Assembly (NCBI GenBank): GCA_009838175.1
Contig: VXSB01000008.1
Location: forward strand, 32,305 to 96,304
DNA length: 64,000 nt
Reading direction: 5' to 3'
Origin: Chloroflexota bacterium
GTDB lineage: Bacteria; Chloroflexota; Dehalococcoidia; Lucifugimonadales; Lucifugimonadaceae
Shown: positions 18,835 to 27,402 of the stretch, in pieces
Layout: each line of letters starts with the position of its first letter
How positions within the stretch are numbered: the first letter of the stretch is position 1
The notes under the pieces: generated by a model
Database searches by the model: none
Told to the model about the DNA's origin: nothing
Seen by the model: only the letters and a program-made list of their open reading frames with translations
Made by a program: the position numbers and the translations under genes

Positions 18835-19542
18835 TCAGTGATGACATGAGGCGCAATCGGTCGGCGCATTGTTGTCGCGGTGGCAATTCACACATTGTCC
18901 CATCTTCAAAGGCTCGACCTGCGTCACGGTTTTCGTCATAGATGCGACATCGCCATGGCAAGTCGAGCAAACCCCTGCCGCTCCAGTTTTCACTCCGCTC
19001 GTGCTGTTCGTAATTGCTTCCGGGTTTGCAGTCAAATAACGAATATGGGGTTCGTGGACGAATCTCACGTGATCCGGCATCCGGTGAACCCGCTTCCAGT
19101 TGATCGGGTGCGGATCGTCACCTATCACCCCAGCCGCCATTCGAATCTGTGTCAGCGGTTCACTCTGGTCTTTCCCTATCACTTGGTGACAATACGCGCA
19201 GAACTGCACTGGTGGAATACCAGCGTTAGCCTGAGTCGTCACCGTCCGATGACAGAACGTGCAATCCATTCCCAGTCCCTGCACCTGATCCCCTAAGGAG
19301 TTCTCATAAACACCTGTTCCCGCATGAATCGTGTGCGAAAAAGGAATCGGTTGCTCGATGGACTGATCAAATCCCAGCACCGGGATCGGTTGACCGAGCC
19401 AAGCGGTTATGACAAAAGCCAATACCGCGCCCGTTACGGCTACTACGCCGAGAGTTCCGAGTCCGAGGATCGGGATCAACACCTTTAGCCACAGAGGCGT
19501 GGTTCGGTGTTTCTCGCGCAGAAACTCAAGCAACGCTGCCAA
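18835..19542 (-). CDS. actA: Alternative complex III pentaheme cytochrome c subunit ActA
   Basis: 235 aa with an N-terminal TM anchor and five CXXCH motifs (CTFCH, CAYCH, CSTCH, CVNCH, CASCH). The TTG start is preceded by AGGAG at 10 nt. Confidence 0.8.
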   Translation of the reverse strand: MAALLEFLREKHRTTPLWLKVLIPILGLGTLGVVAVTGAVLAFVITAWLGQPIPVLGFDQSIEQPIPFSHTIHAGTGVYENSLGDQVQGLGMDCTFCHRTVTTQANAGIPPVQFCAYCHQVIGKDQSEPLTQIRMAAGVIGDDPHPINWKRVHRMPDHVRFVHEPHIRYLTANPEAITNSTSGVKTGAAGVCSTCHGDVASMTKTVTQVEPLKMGQCVNCHRDNNAPTDCASCHH

Positions 19543-19623
19543 GATTTATCAACTCCTGGGTTGCTGAGTAAGCCGAGTTAAGCAAGGTTGCCGGCCGAAT
19601 ATCCGCTGTAATGGTAGTCGGTT

Positions 19624-19914
19624 TCACTGCCAATACCTGGGATATCTGACTTCAAGCCAGTCCATGTTGAGCGCCGCAAGTACGAAGCAAGTGATGACAC
19701 CGACAACTGCGACAAGGCCGATAGCATAGAAGACGGGGCGGAGGCTGGACCATCGAGATGAGATCGTATTCGTGTCGACCAGTGTGACGATGATGGCGTG
19801 GGCGGTGAGGAGGCTGAAACCTGCAACTATTGCGCAACCCAACGCAGCCCAGAGAAACTTGAGCGCGGTGCCTATCTGCGCCCATTCGGACGATGAAAGC
19901 GGTTGTGGGTCCAT
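19624..19914 (-). CDS. Small two-helix membrane protein, function unknown (possibly first gene of the act operon)
   Basis: 96-aa ORF with two clear hydrophobic helices, on the same strand 81 nt upstream of actA. No recognisable family. Confidence 0.4.
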   Translation of the reverse strand: MDPQPLSSSEWAQIGTALKFLWAALGCAIVAGFSLLTAHAIIVTLVDTNTISSRWSSLRPVFYAIGLVAVVGVITCFVLAALNMDWLEVRYPRYWQ

Positions 19915-20088
19915 TCGCCGTTCTCTTGGTCAAATAATGGGCAGACGGTCTCGAACTGCCGGAATCATCTTTCAGTTGTGCCTAAACGATCTTTCCAGTG
20001 GCGCAAGTTCTCGCTGCGCGCAATCATCTATCTTATTTGCCATTACGCTTCAGTGTCAAAGCGCGCAACACACGCCAAATAAGGCATT

Positions 20089-20460
20089 TTAGCAACTCCG
20101 CGGAGACTCGATGAATTCGATCTCGGACCCTGTGGGCAACAGCATGTACGGTTCACCGAATTCGTCGTCTGATTGAAGCGACCAACCGGCTCTCGAATTA
20201 ACGGAACGCAGCCTGATTCCATGATTGCCACCGTGAACCAATATCGACTCGCCAGCTCCTGAGTCGCCAACAGGAACTACGCGGATCTCGCAAGGTCCTT
20301 CATCAGACCATCCAACGGCCTCGCAACGCCCGTCAACGTTCGTCACGTCAACCAGCAGAATGCGAGACGCGACTCGCTCCTCACCACGGATCTCGAAAGT
20401 CTGCATTGGGAAATACCCGCAGTTGTCGTTGTCCTCTATGTCAATCCAAACCTGAGCCAT
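20089..20460 (-). CDS. Hypothetical protein
   Basis: This is the inner ATG of the 243-aa track ORF. The longer form would overlap the well-supported E1-alpha start. No motif and no obvious SD. Confidence 0.3.
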   Translation of the reverse strand: MAQVWIDIEDNDNCGYFPMQTFEIRGEERVASRILLVDVTNVDGRCEAVGWSDEGPCEIRVVPVGDSGAGESILVHGGNHGIRLRSVNSRAGWSLQSDDEFGEPYMLLPTGSEIEFIESPRSC

Positions 20461-20658
20461 CGGAAATACTTTGGCGACTGCCGAACATCGATTGTAGTCG
20501 CACCTACCAAGGCGATTTTTAGCGTCGCGATCAATGCCGATGTTCGAAACTTCATTCAAAGGCGTTTCGACTTGTAATATCAATCTCAATGAACCTAAAC
20601 AAGCGGGAAACCGTTGGCCGTTGTCTCGATGCTTCGCCAACGGCAGGGAAACTGCGTG

Positions 20659-21657
20659 ATGCGAATAACCAAAGAAAAACTGCGTTGGCTCTACGAAACG
20701 ATGTATCGGATCCGACGATTCGAAGAGACGATGCTCGAGCAGACGTTCCGCGGAAACGCGATGGGCGTAACGCACCCTTCCGATGGTCAAGAAGCGGTGC
20801 CTACAGGCATCTGCGCCCATTTGACCGAGAAAGACTGGATCGGATCAACGCACCGAGGTCACGGCCACTGCATCGCCAAAGGCCTTGACACGAAGGCGAT
20901 GATGGCGGAGATCATGGGGCGATACACCGGTCAATGCAAAGGTAAAGGCGGCAGTATGCACATCGCCGACTTTTCCAAAGGCATGCTCGGCGCGAACGCG
21001 ATTGTCGGTGCTTCGGTGCCCCTTGCTGTTGGTGCAGCGTTGACTTCCAAATATCGCGGCATGGAAGACGAGTCCGTAGGGGTTGCGTTCTTCGGAGACG
21101 GTGCCACAAGCCAAGGAGTCGTCCACGAATCGATGAACTTGGCCGCGATCTGGGACCTCCCAGTCATATTTGCCTGCGAGAACAACCAATATGCCGAAGC
21201 CACGCCGGCATGGTACGCGGTTTCAACCGAAGACATCGCCGCCAGAGCCGATTCTTATGGCATTCCGGGCGTCCAAGTTGACGGCATGAACGTCTTCGCC
21301 GTTTACGAAGCCGCCGGAGAAGCAGTCGCCCGAGCGCGCGCTGGCGAAGGCCCTACATTGCTTGAACTGAAGACTTACCGGTACCATGGACACTTCCACG
21401 CGGATGACCCCAAGAAATACCGCAAGCCCGACGAGGAGGAAGAGTACCTGGAACGCGACTGCCTCAAACACTTCGAGGGATTGGTGACGCAACAAGGCGC
21501 AATGACCGAAGAGGAATTGCAAGGGATTCGAGACGAGATCGAGCAGGAGATGCAAGATGCGGTCGATTTCGCATTAAACAGCCCTATGCCTCCAATTGAC
21601 GAGCTCTACTCTGACGTCTACGTCGACTACTCCAACCCACTGGCCGGGTTGCGCTAA
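20659..21657 (+). CDS. Thiamine-diphosphate-dependent 2-oxoacid (pyruvate/acetoin) dehydrogenase E1 alpha subunit
   Basis: Starts MRITKEKLRWLYETMYRIRRFEE. Contains GQEAVPTG, FFGDGATSQGVVHESMNLAA..LPVIFACENNQYA and TYRYHGH. The ATG at 20659 lies within the track ORF 20614..21657. Confidence 0.85.
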   Translation: MRITKEKLRWLYETMYRIRRFEETMLEQTFRGNAMGVTHPSDGQEAVPTGICAHLTEKDWIGSTHRGHGHCIAKGLDTKAMMAEIMGRYTGQCKGKGGSMHIADFSKGMLGANAIVGASVPLAVGAALTSKYRGMEDESVGVAFFGDGATSQGVVHESMNLAAIWDLPVIFACENNQYAEATPAWYAVSTEDIAARADSYGIPGVQVDGMNVFAVYEAAGEAVARARAGEGPTLLELKTYRYHGHFHADDPKKYRKPDEEEEYLERDCLKHFEGLVTQQGAMTEEELQGIRDEIEQEMQDAVDFALNSPMPPIDELYSDVYVDYSNPLAGLR

Positions 21658-21707
21658 GCGTCAACATCCAGAACGAATTCTGTAATCAGAAAGGCAACCA
21701 GAAAGCT

Positions 21708-22808
21708 ATGACGACAGCCGATGCAACACAGACAAGGTCTGTGCTGAGCGATCCTGGAGTTCTCGTGCCCGGCCCGGGCTACGATGTCTCCGGAACCGTT
21801 GAGCGTTACCGCGACACATTTAACCGCACGCTCCGCGACGAGTTGGACCGCGATGCCGACGTGTTCATCATGGGAGAGGACATATCTGGTGGCTTTGATC
21901 GAGACACCAATGAGCCTCTCGATGCTTGGGGAGGCCCGTTCGCAGCCACCAAAGGGTTAGTCCAAGATTTCGGTCCGGACCGCATCAGAGACGCTCCAAT
22001 CTCCGAAGCCGGGTTTGTCGGTGCTGCCGTCGGCGCTGCGCTTACCGGACTGCGCCCGGTGGTCGATCTGATGTACTTCGACTTTGTGACCGTCGCTTAC
22101 GATCAACTGCTCTCCAACGCTGCCAAATCTCGTTATATGTTCGGCGGGCAAACCAAGGTTCCGTTGACGCTTTTCGCCCGTTCCGGCGGAGGAACCGGTC
22201 ACGCGGCTCAGCACTCCGAGAGTTTTTACTCCATGCTGGCACACATCCCGGGGTTAAAGGTAGTGGTACCTTCAGATCCGTACACGGTGCGTGGCCTGCT
22301 CGCTTCGGCGATTCGCGACGATGATCCTGTTTTCCTTGTCAACGACAAGAAACTCATCAACATGGAAGGTTTCGCTCCTGATGAGTCGTTCGCATTCCCT
22401 CTAGGCAAGGGACGTTACCTTAAGCACGGCGACGATGTCACGTTGATCGGCATGTCATACACCTCGGTAGTCTGCAAACAAGCAGCTGATATGTTGGCCG
22501 AAGAGGGCATCGAGGCGGAGGTTGTCGACATGCTGAGCTTGTCGCCATTCGACGAAGAGATCATCGTCGAATCGGTAATGAAGACCAATCGCGTCGTGAT
22601 TGTTGACGAAGACACCCCGCGCGCCAGTATGGCGTCGGAGTTTGCTGCGATCGTTGCCGACAAGGCGTTCGACTACCTTGATGCGCCGGTCAAACGCGTT
22701 ACCGGGCCTCACACGCCAGTGCCTTACAACAAGGGATTGGAAACCGCTTTCATGCCCCAACCAGATGATGTGGTGAGCACCGTTCGAGCGATGTTGGACG
22801 GAGAGTAA
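21708..22808 (+). CDS. 2-oxoacid dehydrogenase E1 beta subunit
   Basis: 366 aa. Contains IMGEDI, RIRDAPISEAGFVGAAVGAALTGLRPVV, and the transketolase C-terminal region EAEVVDMLSLSPFD. It follows E1 alpha by 50 nt. Confidence 0.85.
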   Translation: MTTADATQTRSVLSDPGVLVPGPGYDVSGTVERYRDTFNRTLRDELDRDADVFIMGEDISGGFDRDTNEPLDAWGGPFAATKGLVQDFGPDRIRDAPISEAGFVGAAVGAALTGLRPVVDLMYFDFVTVAYDQLLSNAAKSRYMFGGQTKVPLTLFARSGGGTGHAAQHSESFYSMLAHIPGLKVVVPSDPYTVRGLLASAIRDDDPVFLVNDKKLINMEGFAPDESFAFPLGKGRYLKHGDDVTLIGMSYTSVVCKQAADMLAEEGIEAEVVDMLSLSPFDEEIIVESVMKTNRVVIVDEDTPRASMASEFAAIVADKAFDYLDAPVKRVTGPHTPVPYNKGLETAFMPQPDDVVSTVRAMLDGE

Positions 22809-22826
22809 CCCGCTGATTAGACGGGC

Positions 22827-23150
22827 TCAGTCACACTTCACGGCGTCATCTTCGTTCGCCAATCGTTGCAACATTCGAAACGGGTAGATGCCCGTCGAAT
22901 GGCCATCGGTCCATAAGAACTGCAGGGCGTACCTGCCGACTTCCAAGTAGTCGACGGCGATGATGTCTTCCGGTACCATCGCGACGTTTAACAGTTGGCG
23001 ACCGCTCATCTCTTCGACGCAACCCGCGCACGCACATTGCAAACGTAAGTAGCGGTACGGAAAAACGCAAGTTCGACCGTCTGACCAAGTAATGGCGATG
23101 CCGTCGCCGACTAGATCGACACTAGTTGCCGTAATGTTCGTACCTTCCAT
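22827..23150 (-). CDS. DUF971 / gamma-butyrobetaine hydroxylase-like N-terminal domain protein
   Basis: 107 aa. ITWSDGRTCVFPYRYLRLQCACAGC and LQFLWTDGHSTGIYPF are typical of DUF971. Confidence 0.7.
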   Translation of the reverse strand: MEGTNITATSVDLVGDGIAITWSDGRTCVFPYRYLRLQCACAGCVEEMSGRQLLNVAMVPEDIIAVDYLEVGRYALQFLWTDGHSTGIYPFRMLQRLANEDDAVKCD

Positions 23151-23245
23151 AGACGTTTAGCTCATGCATGCCCACCGAGCGATCATTTCGGTATCGCAAT
23201 TTGCATTGCTGGGCTAACCTTGTTTAAGCGTATCCGACAACCAAC

Positions 23246-24349
23246 ATGACTATCCGACAATTCAGGAGCGAAACTGTGACGACAGACAGTGACAACATCG
23301 TAATGGGCCTCATCGGTGCTGGCGGCAACACCCAACTCAGACATATTCCGGGGCTCCGAGCTCAACCGGGTGTCGAGATAAAAGGTCTGGTTAACCGATC
23401 ACGAGAATCTTCTGAGCGAGTCGCCGGCGAGTTTGAAATCCCAGAGGTCTACGAAGATTGGGACGAACTGCTCGAAGACGATGAAATCGACGCTGTATGT
23501 ATCGGTACATGGCCGTATATGCACGCACCTTTAGTCATTGAAACGCTCGAAGCTGATAAGCACGTCCTTTGCGAAGCCCGTATGGCGATGAATTCTAACG
23601 AGGCTCTACAGATGTTGGACGCGTCAAAACGCGCTCCTCATCTGGTGGCCCAGATAGTTCCAGCGCCTCACACACTCGAAATCGATCAGACGGTGATCAG
23701 GTTGATCTCCGAGGGCTATATCGGCGATCTGGTTAACGTAAAGCTCCATGTGGGAACCGGCAGCGATTTCCCAAACCCTGATCTGCCTTTGCACTGGCGG
23801 CACAACCGCGATCTATCAGGCAACAACATCATGACAATGGGTATCTGGTACGAAGCTATGATGCGTTGGTTCGGACCCGCCAAGACGGTGCAGGCCTTGG
23901 GGCAGACCGTCGTGAGTCACCGCTTGGATGAAGGCGGTCGCCGTCGTTCAACAACCATTCCCGACCACATCGACATTCTGATGTCCATGGAGTGCGGCGG
24001 AACAATGAACTACACCACTACGGCGGTGTCTGCTTTCTCTCGTGAACTCGATCTGTGGGTCCACGGTACCGACGGAGCGCTACGCGTCGAGAACGCAGAT
24101 CTTGACGAGCCGACGGGCGCAGTCTTTAAACTGAGTGGCGCACGCCGTGGAGATGATGGATTGAGCCAGATCGAGATACCGCCGGAAAACCGCGGCGCGT
24201 GGCGGGTCGAAGAGGAGTTCATCAATGCGATCAGAGGAATCGAGCCGATTACCCACACGAATTTCATCGATGGACTGAAGTACATGCAGTTCACCGACGC
24301 AGTGACGGAATCGGTCAAGACGGGCAACTTAGTGAGACTGCCGTTCTGA
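23246..24349 (+). CDS. Gfo/Idh/MocA family NAD(P)-dependent oxidoreductase
   Basis: 367 aa with the Rossmann start MGLIGAGGNTQLRHIPG, and VLCEARMA typical of the family. The exact start is uncertain. Confidence 0.75.
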   Translation: MTIRQFRSETVTTDSDNIVMGLIGAGGNTQLRHIPGLRAQPGVEIKGLVNRSRESSERVAGEFEIPEVYEDWDELLEDDEIDAVCIGTWPYMHAPLVIETLEADKHVLCEARMAMNSNEALQMLDASKRAPHLVAQIVPAPHTLEIDQTVIRLISEGYIGDLVNVKLHVGTGSDFPNPDLPLHWRHNRDLSGNNIMTMGIWYEAMMRWFGPAKTVQALGQTVVSHRLDEGGRRRSTTIPDHIDILMSMECGGTMNYTTTAVSAFSRELDLWVHGTDGALRVENADLDEPTGAVFKLSGARRGDDGLSQIEIPPENRGAWRVEEEFINAIRGIEPITHTNFIDGLKYMQFTDAVTESVKTGNLVRLPF

Positions 24350-24393
24350 AAACTCGCGCATTGTGACATTCCGACTCGAATGAGTCGAACGGA

Positions 24394-25464
24394 GTGTCCG
24401 AAAATCTCTGCATCATGAATGTAGAGATTTCTGATTTCCATCAACAGATAGCAAAATCAAGCCAGCGTTCGGCATTTGTAGACGTTGATAAACTGGCGTC
24501 TTTCATCGAGACTCCGTCAGTTGAGCCTGACTGTCGCGCTCTGCCGCTTAGTACGTTGTTTGCGGCTGATGTCAATGCCGAAGTACCGAACGCAGCATCG
24601 CGAAGCGGATCAGAACTGATTGGGGACAAACTCGGTACGGTATCGTTTTCTGGCCCCAAAGAAGATGCCGGCCATCAACTCAATAAGTTCCGATTGAAGG
24701 ACGTTCCTGAACGTGAGCGACCGCGGGAACGCATGCACGAACTCGGTCCCGCCGGCATAACGAATACCGAACTGCTGGCGATCATCCTGGGCTCCGGGAT
24801 TCAAGGCATCAACGTGAAAAACGTCGCAGACAATCTGCTGACTGAGTTTGATGGACTGCGCGGTCTAAGCCGCGTGAGCTCATTCAATATGCAGAACGTT
24901 GGAGGTATTGGCGATGTGAAAGCTGACGTGCTTACCGCGGCGTTCGAATTGGGCAGAAGAGCAGCCCAAGAAGAGATCGAAGCGCCGGGGAACGCATATG
25001 GGGGCCACTTGCCGAACGGCGAGACGATCGCATGGTCCGTCGCCAGACAGTTCACTACACGGCTGCGCGACAACGCCCAAGAGGAGATGTGGGTCGTGCT
25101 GCTAGACGTTAGGAATCGTTATCGTGGCAAGGCTCGCGTCTACATCGGTTGCTGCGACCAGCTGGTGGCCAAGACGGGCGAGATTCTGAGCCGTGTCGTC
25201 GAACGAAACCTTCCCCGTTATGCGCTAGTTCACAACCACCCATCAGGAAAAGGAGACCCAAGCGGAGCCGACATTTCATTTACTGAGCGATTGGTCAGAG
25301 CTGGGCAATTTCTAGACGTCGAACTAGTGGACCACGTCGTTCTCGGTGAAGACCTGCGAAGTTTCGTCAGCATGAGGCAGAGAAAGCTAGTCGACTTCAG
25401 TTGTTCGCCCATTTCGGGGCGACGGATCATGGACGATGACGATCTCTCTGCGAGGGACCACTAA
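24394..25464 (+). CDS. RadC-like JAB/MPN domain protein (UPF0758) with long N-terminal extension
   Basis: Contains ERPRERMHELGPAGITNTELLAIILGSG (HhH region) and LVHNHPSGKGDPSGADISFT (JAMM motif). About 100 extra N-terminal residues have no recognisable motif. The start codon is uncertain (GTG 24394 or ATG 24415). Confidence 0.75.
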   Translation: MSENLCIMNVEISDFHQQIAKSSQRSAFVDVDKLASFIETPSVEPDCRALPLSTLFAADVNAEVPNAASRSGSELIGDKLGTVSFSGPKEDAGHQLNKFRLKDVPERERPRERMHELGPAGITNTELLAIILGSGIQGINVKNVADNLLTEFDGLRGLSRVSSFNMQNVGGIGDVKADVLTAAFELGRRAAQEEIEAPGNAYGGHLPNGETIAWSVARQFTTRLRDNAQEEMWVVLLDVRNRYRGKARVYIGCCDQLVAKTGEILSRVVERNLPRYALVHNHPSGKGDPSGADISFTERLVRAGQFLDVELVDHVVLGEDLRSFVSMRQRKLVDFSCSPISGRRIMDDDDLSARDH

Positions 25465-25503
25465 ATTCGGGAACGAACATCGGTTGTAGGGCGAAGAAAA
25501 CCG

Positions 25504-25635
25504 CTAACCGCTGTCGCCTCCAATCGCATCACCGATCTTGGACACGAGCATGTAGACACCAATCGAGATCACGAGTGTGCCAATCGCGACGAGTAGCCCG
25601 GAGAAAGCTGTGATTAGCATTACGACATCCGACAT
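25504..25635 (-). CDS. 43-aa hydrophobic single-helix peptide (unannotated small ORF)
   Basis: Found by reading the minus strand: AGGAGG, then 6 nt, then ATG. Translation is MSDVVMLITAFSGLLVAIGTLVISIGVYMLVSKIGDAIGGDSG followed by a stop. It is below the ORF-track length cut-off. Confidence 0.45.
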   Translation of the reverse strand: MSDVVMLITAFSGLLVAIGTLVISIGVYMLVSKIGDAIGGDSG

Positions 25636-25829
25636 CTGATACCTCCTCATAGTATCGATTCAGGAAAATTACATCCCATTGATAGCAGATTATGCCATGA
25701 TTCTCAATAAATGTGCGTTTAGGAACCGAGAAACAGCCATCAAATCATGACGGCGGGAGTGGTACGAGGTGTAGCGAGCGACTCTGGTTCGGAATTGAAC
25801 CGAGGAACGGCAATTCAGGGTCGACTCGA

Positions 25830-26498
25830 CTATGCCGCCAGCCAATGGGATCTATTGATCCAAGCGAAGCGTGTGACTGGCCCACCGCTCGGTAATTTTC
25901 CGCCTTGAGATATGCCTGAAACTGGCAGACTGCCCCCTCGCAGGACATCCGCAATGGCGACGCTCGGACGATCTTCCGATCTGCTGCCGTATGCGCCGAA
26001 AATCAACGCTCCGTTGTCTGCAACAGCATGTTCGAGCAGATGAAGAGCCAGCTGCGGCAGGTATTCGATCGGCACGAGATCCCAAATGGCGTAAACCCAC
26101 CGGAATCTTCGTGGCGGCAACCATCCCCACGCATTAGCTACCCAAAAGTGATCCACTTGGTCACGAAATCGCCTCATAGCCTCATGTATCAGGCGCGGAT
26201 TTAGATCCACGCCGTACGGCGTCAATTCGATTCCGCTCTTGTAGGCCCAATCAACAACTGATTCAAGCAAGTGTCCATTTGCGCAACCGAGATCCAAACA
26301 CTCCCCGTCCCCATCTATTGCATCGAGTAACGGAGATCGCTCGATGCGCCATCGCTCGGGTCCCCCGCTGAATCCAGACTGCTTAATCGGGTCGCGGTGG
26401 CGCAGATAGGCAGTTTCCAATACGCGGATCGAATCCATATGTGATTCAGGGAGTCGCGACAGTCGTGCGCAGGCGGGATCAAGAAGCTGAGTGTCCAT
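25830..26498 (-). CDS. Class I SAM-dependent methyltransferase
   Basis: Contains the LDLGCANGHL motif I and a downstream acidic loop. I prefer the internal ATG at 26498 (MDTQLLD...) because the 26636 start would overlap the divergent pxpA. Confidence 0.65.
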   Translation of the reverse strand: MDTQLLDPACARLSRLPESHMDSIRVLETAYLRHRDPIKQSGFSGGPERWRIERSPLLDAIDGDGECLDLGCANGHLLESVVDWAYKSGIELTPYGVDLNPRLIHEAMRRFRDQVDHFWVANAWGWLPPRRFRWVYAIWDLVPIEYLPQLALHLLEHAVADNGALIFGAYGSRSEDRPSVAIADVLRGGSLPVSGISQGGKLPSGGPVTRFAWINRSHWLAA

Positions 26499-26598
26499 CA
26501 GTGTTACGATACTAATCGCGATCGAATCGCTTAAAACCGTCGATTGAAATCCCCGCGCGATTCGAAAAGAAACGCAACACACATCGGGAGCACATGCC

Positions 26599-27372
26599 AT
26601 GAGCGCAACGGTGGCGATTGATCTAAACGCCGACATCGGAGAGTCTTACGCCTCCTACAAGATGGGTATGGATGAAGAAATCGTCAAACACATCACCTCT
26701 GCAAACATTGCTTGCGGATTCCACGCCGGAGATCCCGATTGGATGGCACAAACGGTCGCCCTAGCTGAGGAACACGGCGTTAGCATCGGCGCACACCCGG
26801 CATACCCTGACCTTGCAGGTTTCGGACGACGCGATATGGCATTGACCCCCGACGAGGTCGCTCACGCCATCACCTACCAAGTTGGTGCCCTCACCGCCTT
26901 CACCAAAGGCAAGAAACTCGCACACGTCAAACCGCATGGTGCACTTTACAATCGCGCTGTCGGCGACAAGGACATCGCCGCAGCGATTGTAAAAGCGATC
27001 CGCAAGATTGACGACGAGTTGATACACGTGGTTCTTGCAAACTCCGTATGGGAAGACGTGGCGCGCAACGAAAATGTGCTTGTAGCACGCGAGTGTTACG
27101 CTGACCGAGCGGTTACGCCAGAAGGCACTCTTATGCCTCGTTCCCAACCCGGGTCCGTCATACACGATGTCAATGAGGTTACATCTCGTTCGCTTCGCCT
27201 TGCATCCGAAGGGAAAGTGACAGCGTCGGATGGCAACGATATCGACTTTGCGGCAGATACTATCTGTCTGCATGGGGATACCCCGGGTGCTGTTGAGATG
27301 GCGGCATCGGTCAAGTCAACGTTCGAATCAAGCGGTATCCAAGTCAAACCGTTGTCATCAATCCTCGGATAA
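26599..27372 (+). CDS. pxpA: 5-oxoprolinase subunit A (LamB/YcsF family)
   Basis: 257 aa. Contains DLNADIGESY, ANIACGFHAGDP and KPHGALYN. Confidence 0.85.
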   Translation: MSATVAIDLNADIGESYASYKMGMDEEIVKHITSANIACGFHAGDPDWMAQTVALAEEHGVSIGAHPAYPDLAGFGRRDMALTPDEVAHAITYQVGALTAFTKGKKLAHVKPHGALYNRAVGDKDIAAAIVKAIRKIDDELIHVVLANSVWEDVARNENVLVARECYADRAVTPEGTLMPRSQPGSVIHDVNEVTSRSLRLASEGKVTASDGNDIDFAADTICLHGDTPGAVEMAASVKSTFESSGIQVKPLSSILG

Positions 27373-27402
27373 CGACGAGCCGCAGATCAGATTTCGACAG
27401 AA

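Noticed and set aside
20461-20820. N-terminal 120 codons of the 243-aa minus-strand track ORF.
   Set aside because: This extension would overlap about 160 nt of the E1-alpha gene, whose N-terminus (MRITKEKLRWLYETMYRIRRFEE) is family-typical. Only the inner ATG at 20460 is kept, and even that at low confidence.
24372-24387. CGACTC-gaat-GAGTCG hairpin between the Gfo/Idh/MocA gene and the RadC-like gene as a terminator.
   Set aside because: The stem is only 6 bp and there is no U-tract. That is too weak to call.
25786-25801. GGTTC-GGAATT-GAACC hairpin that looked like a tRNA T-arm.
   Set aside because: The loop is 6 nt, not 7. No acceptor, D or anticodon arms could be folded around it on either strand. 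It is probably just a weak hairpin downstream of the methyltransferase gene.
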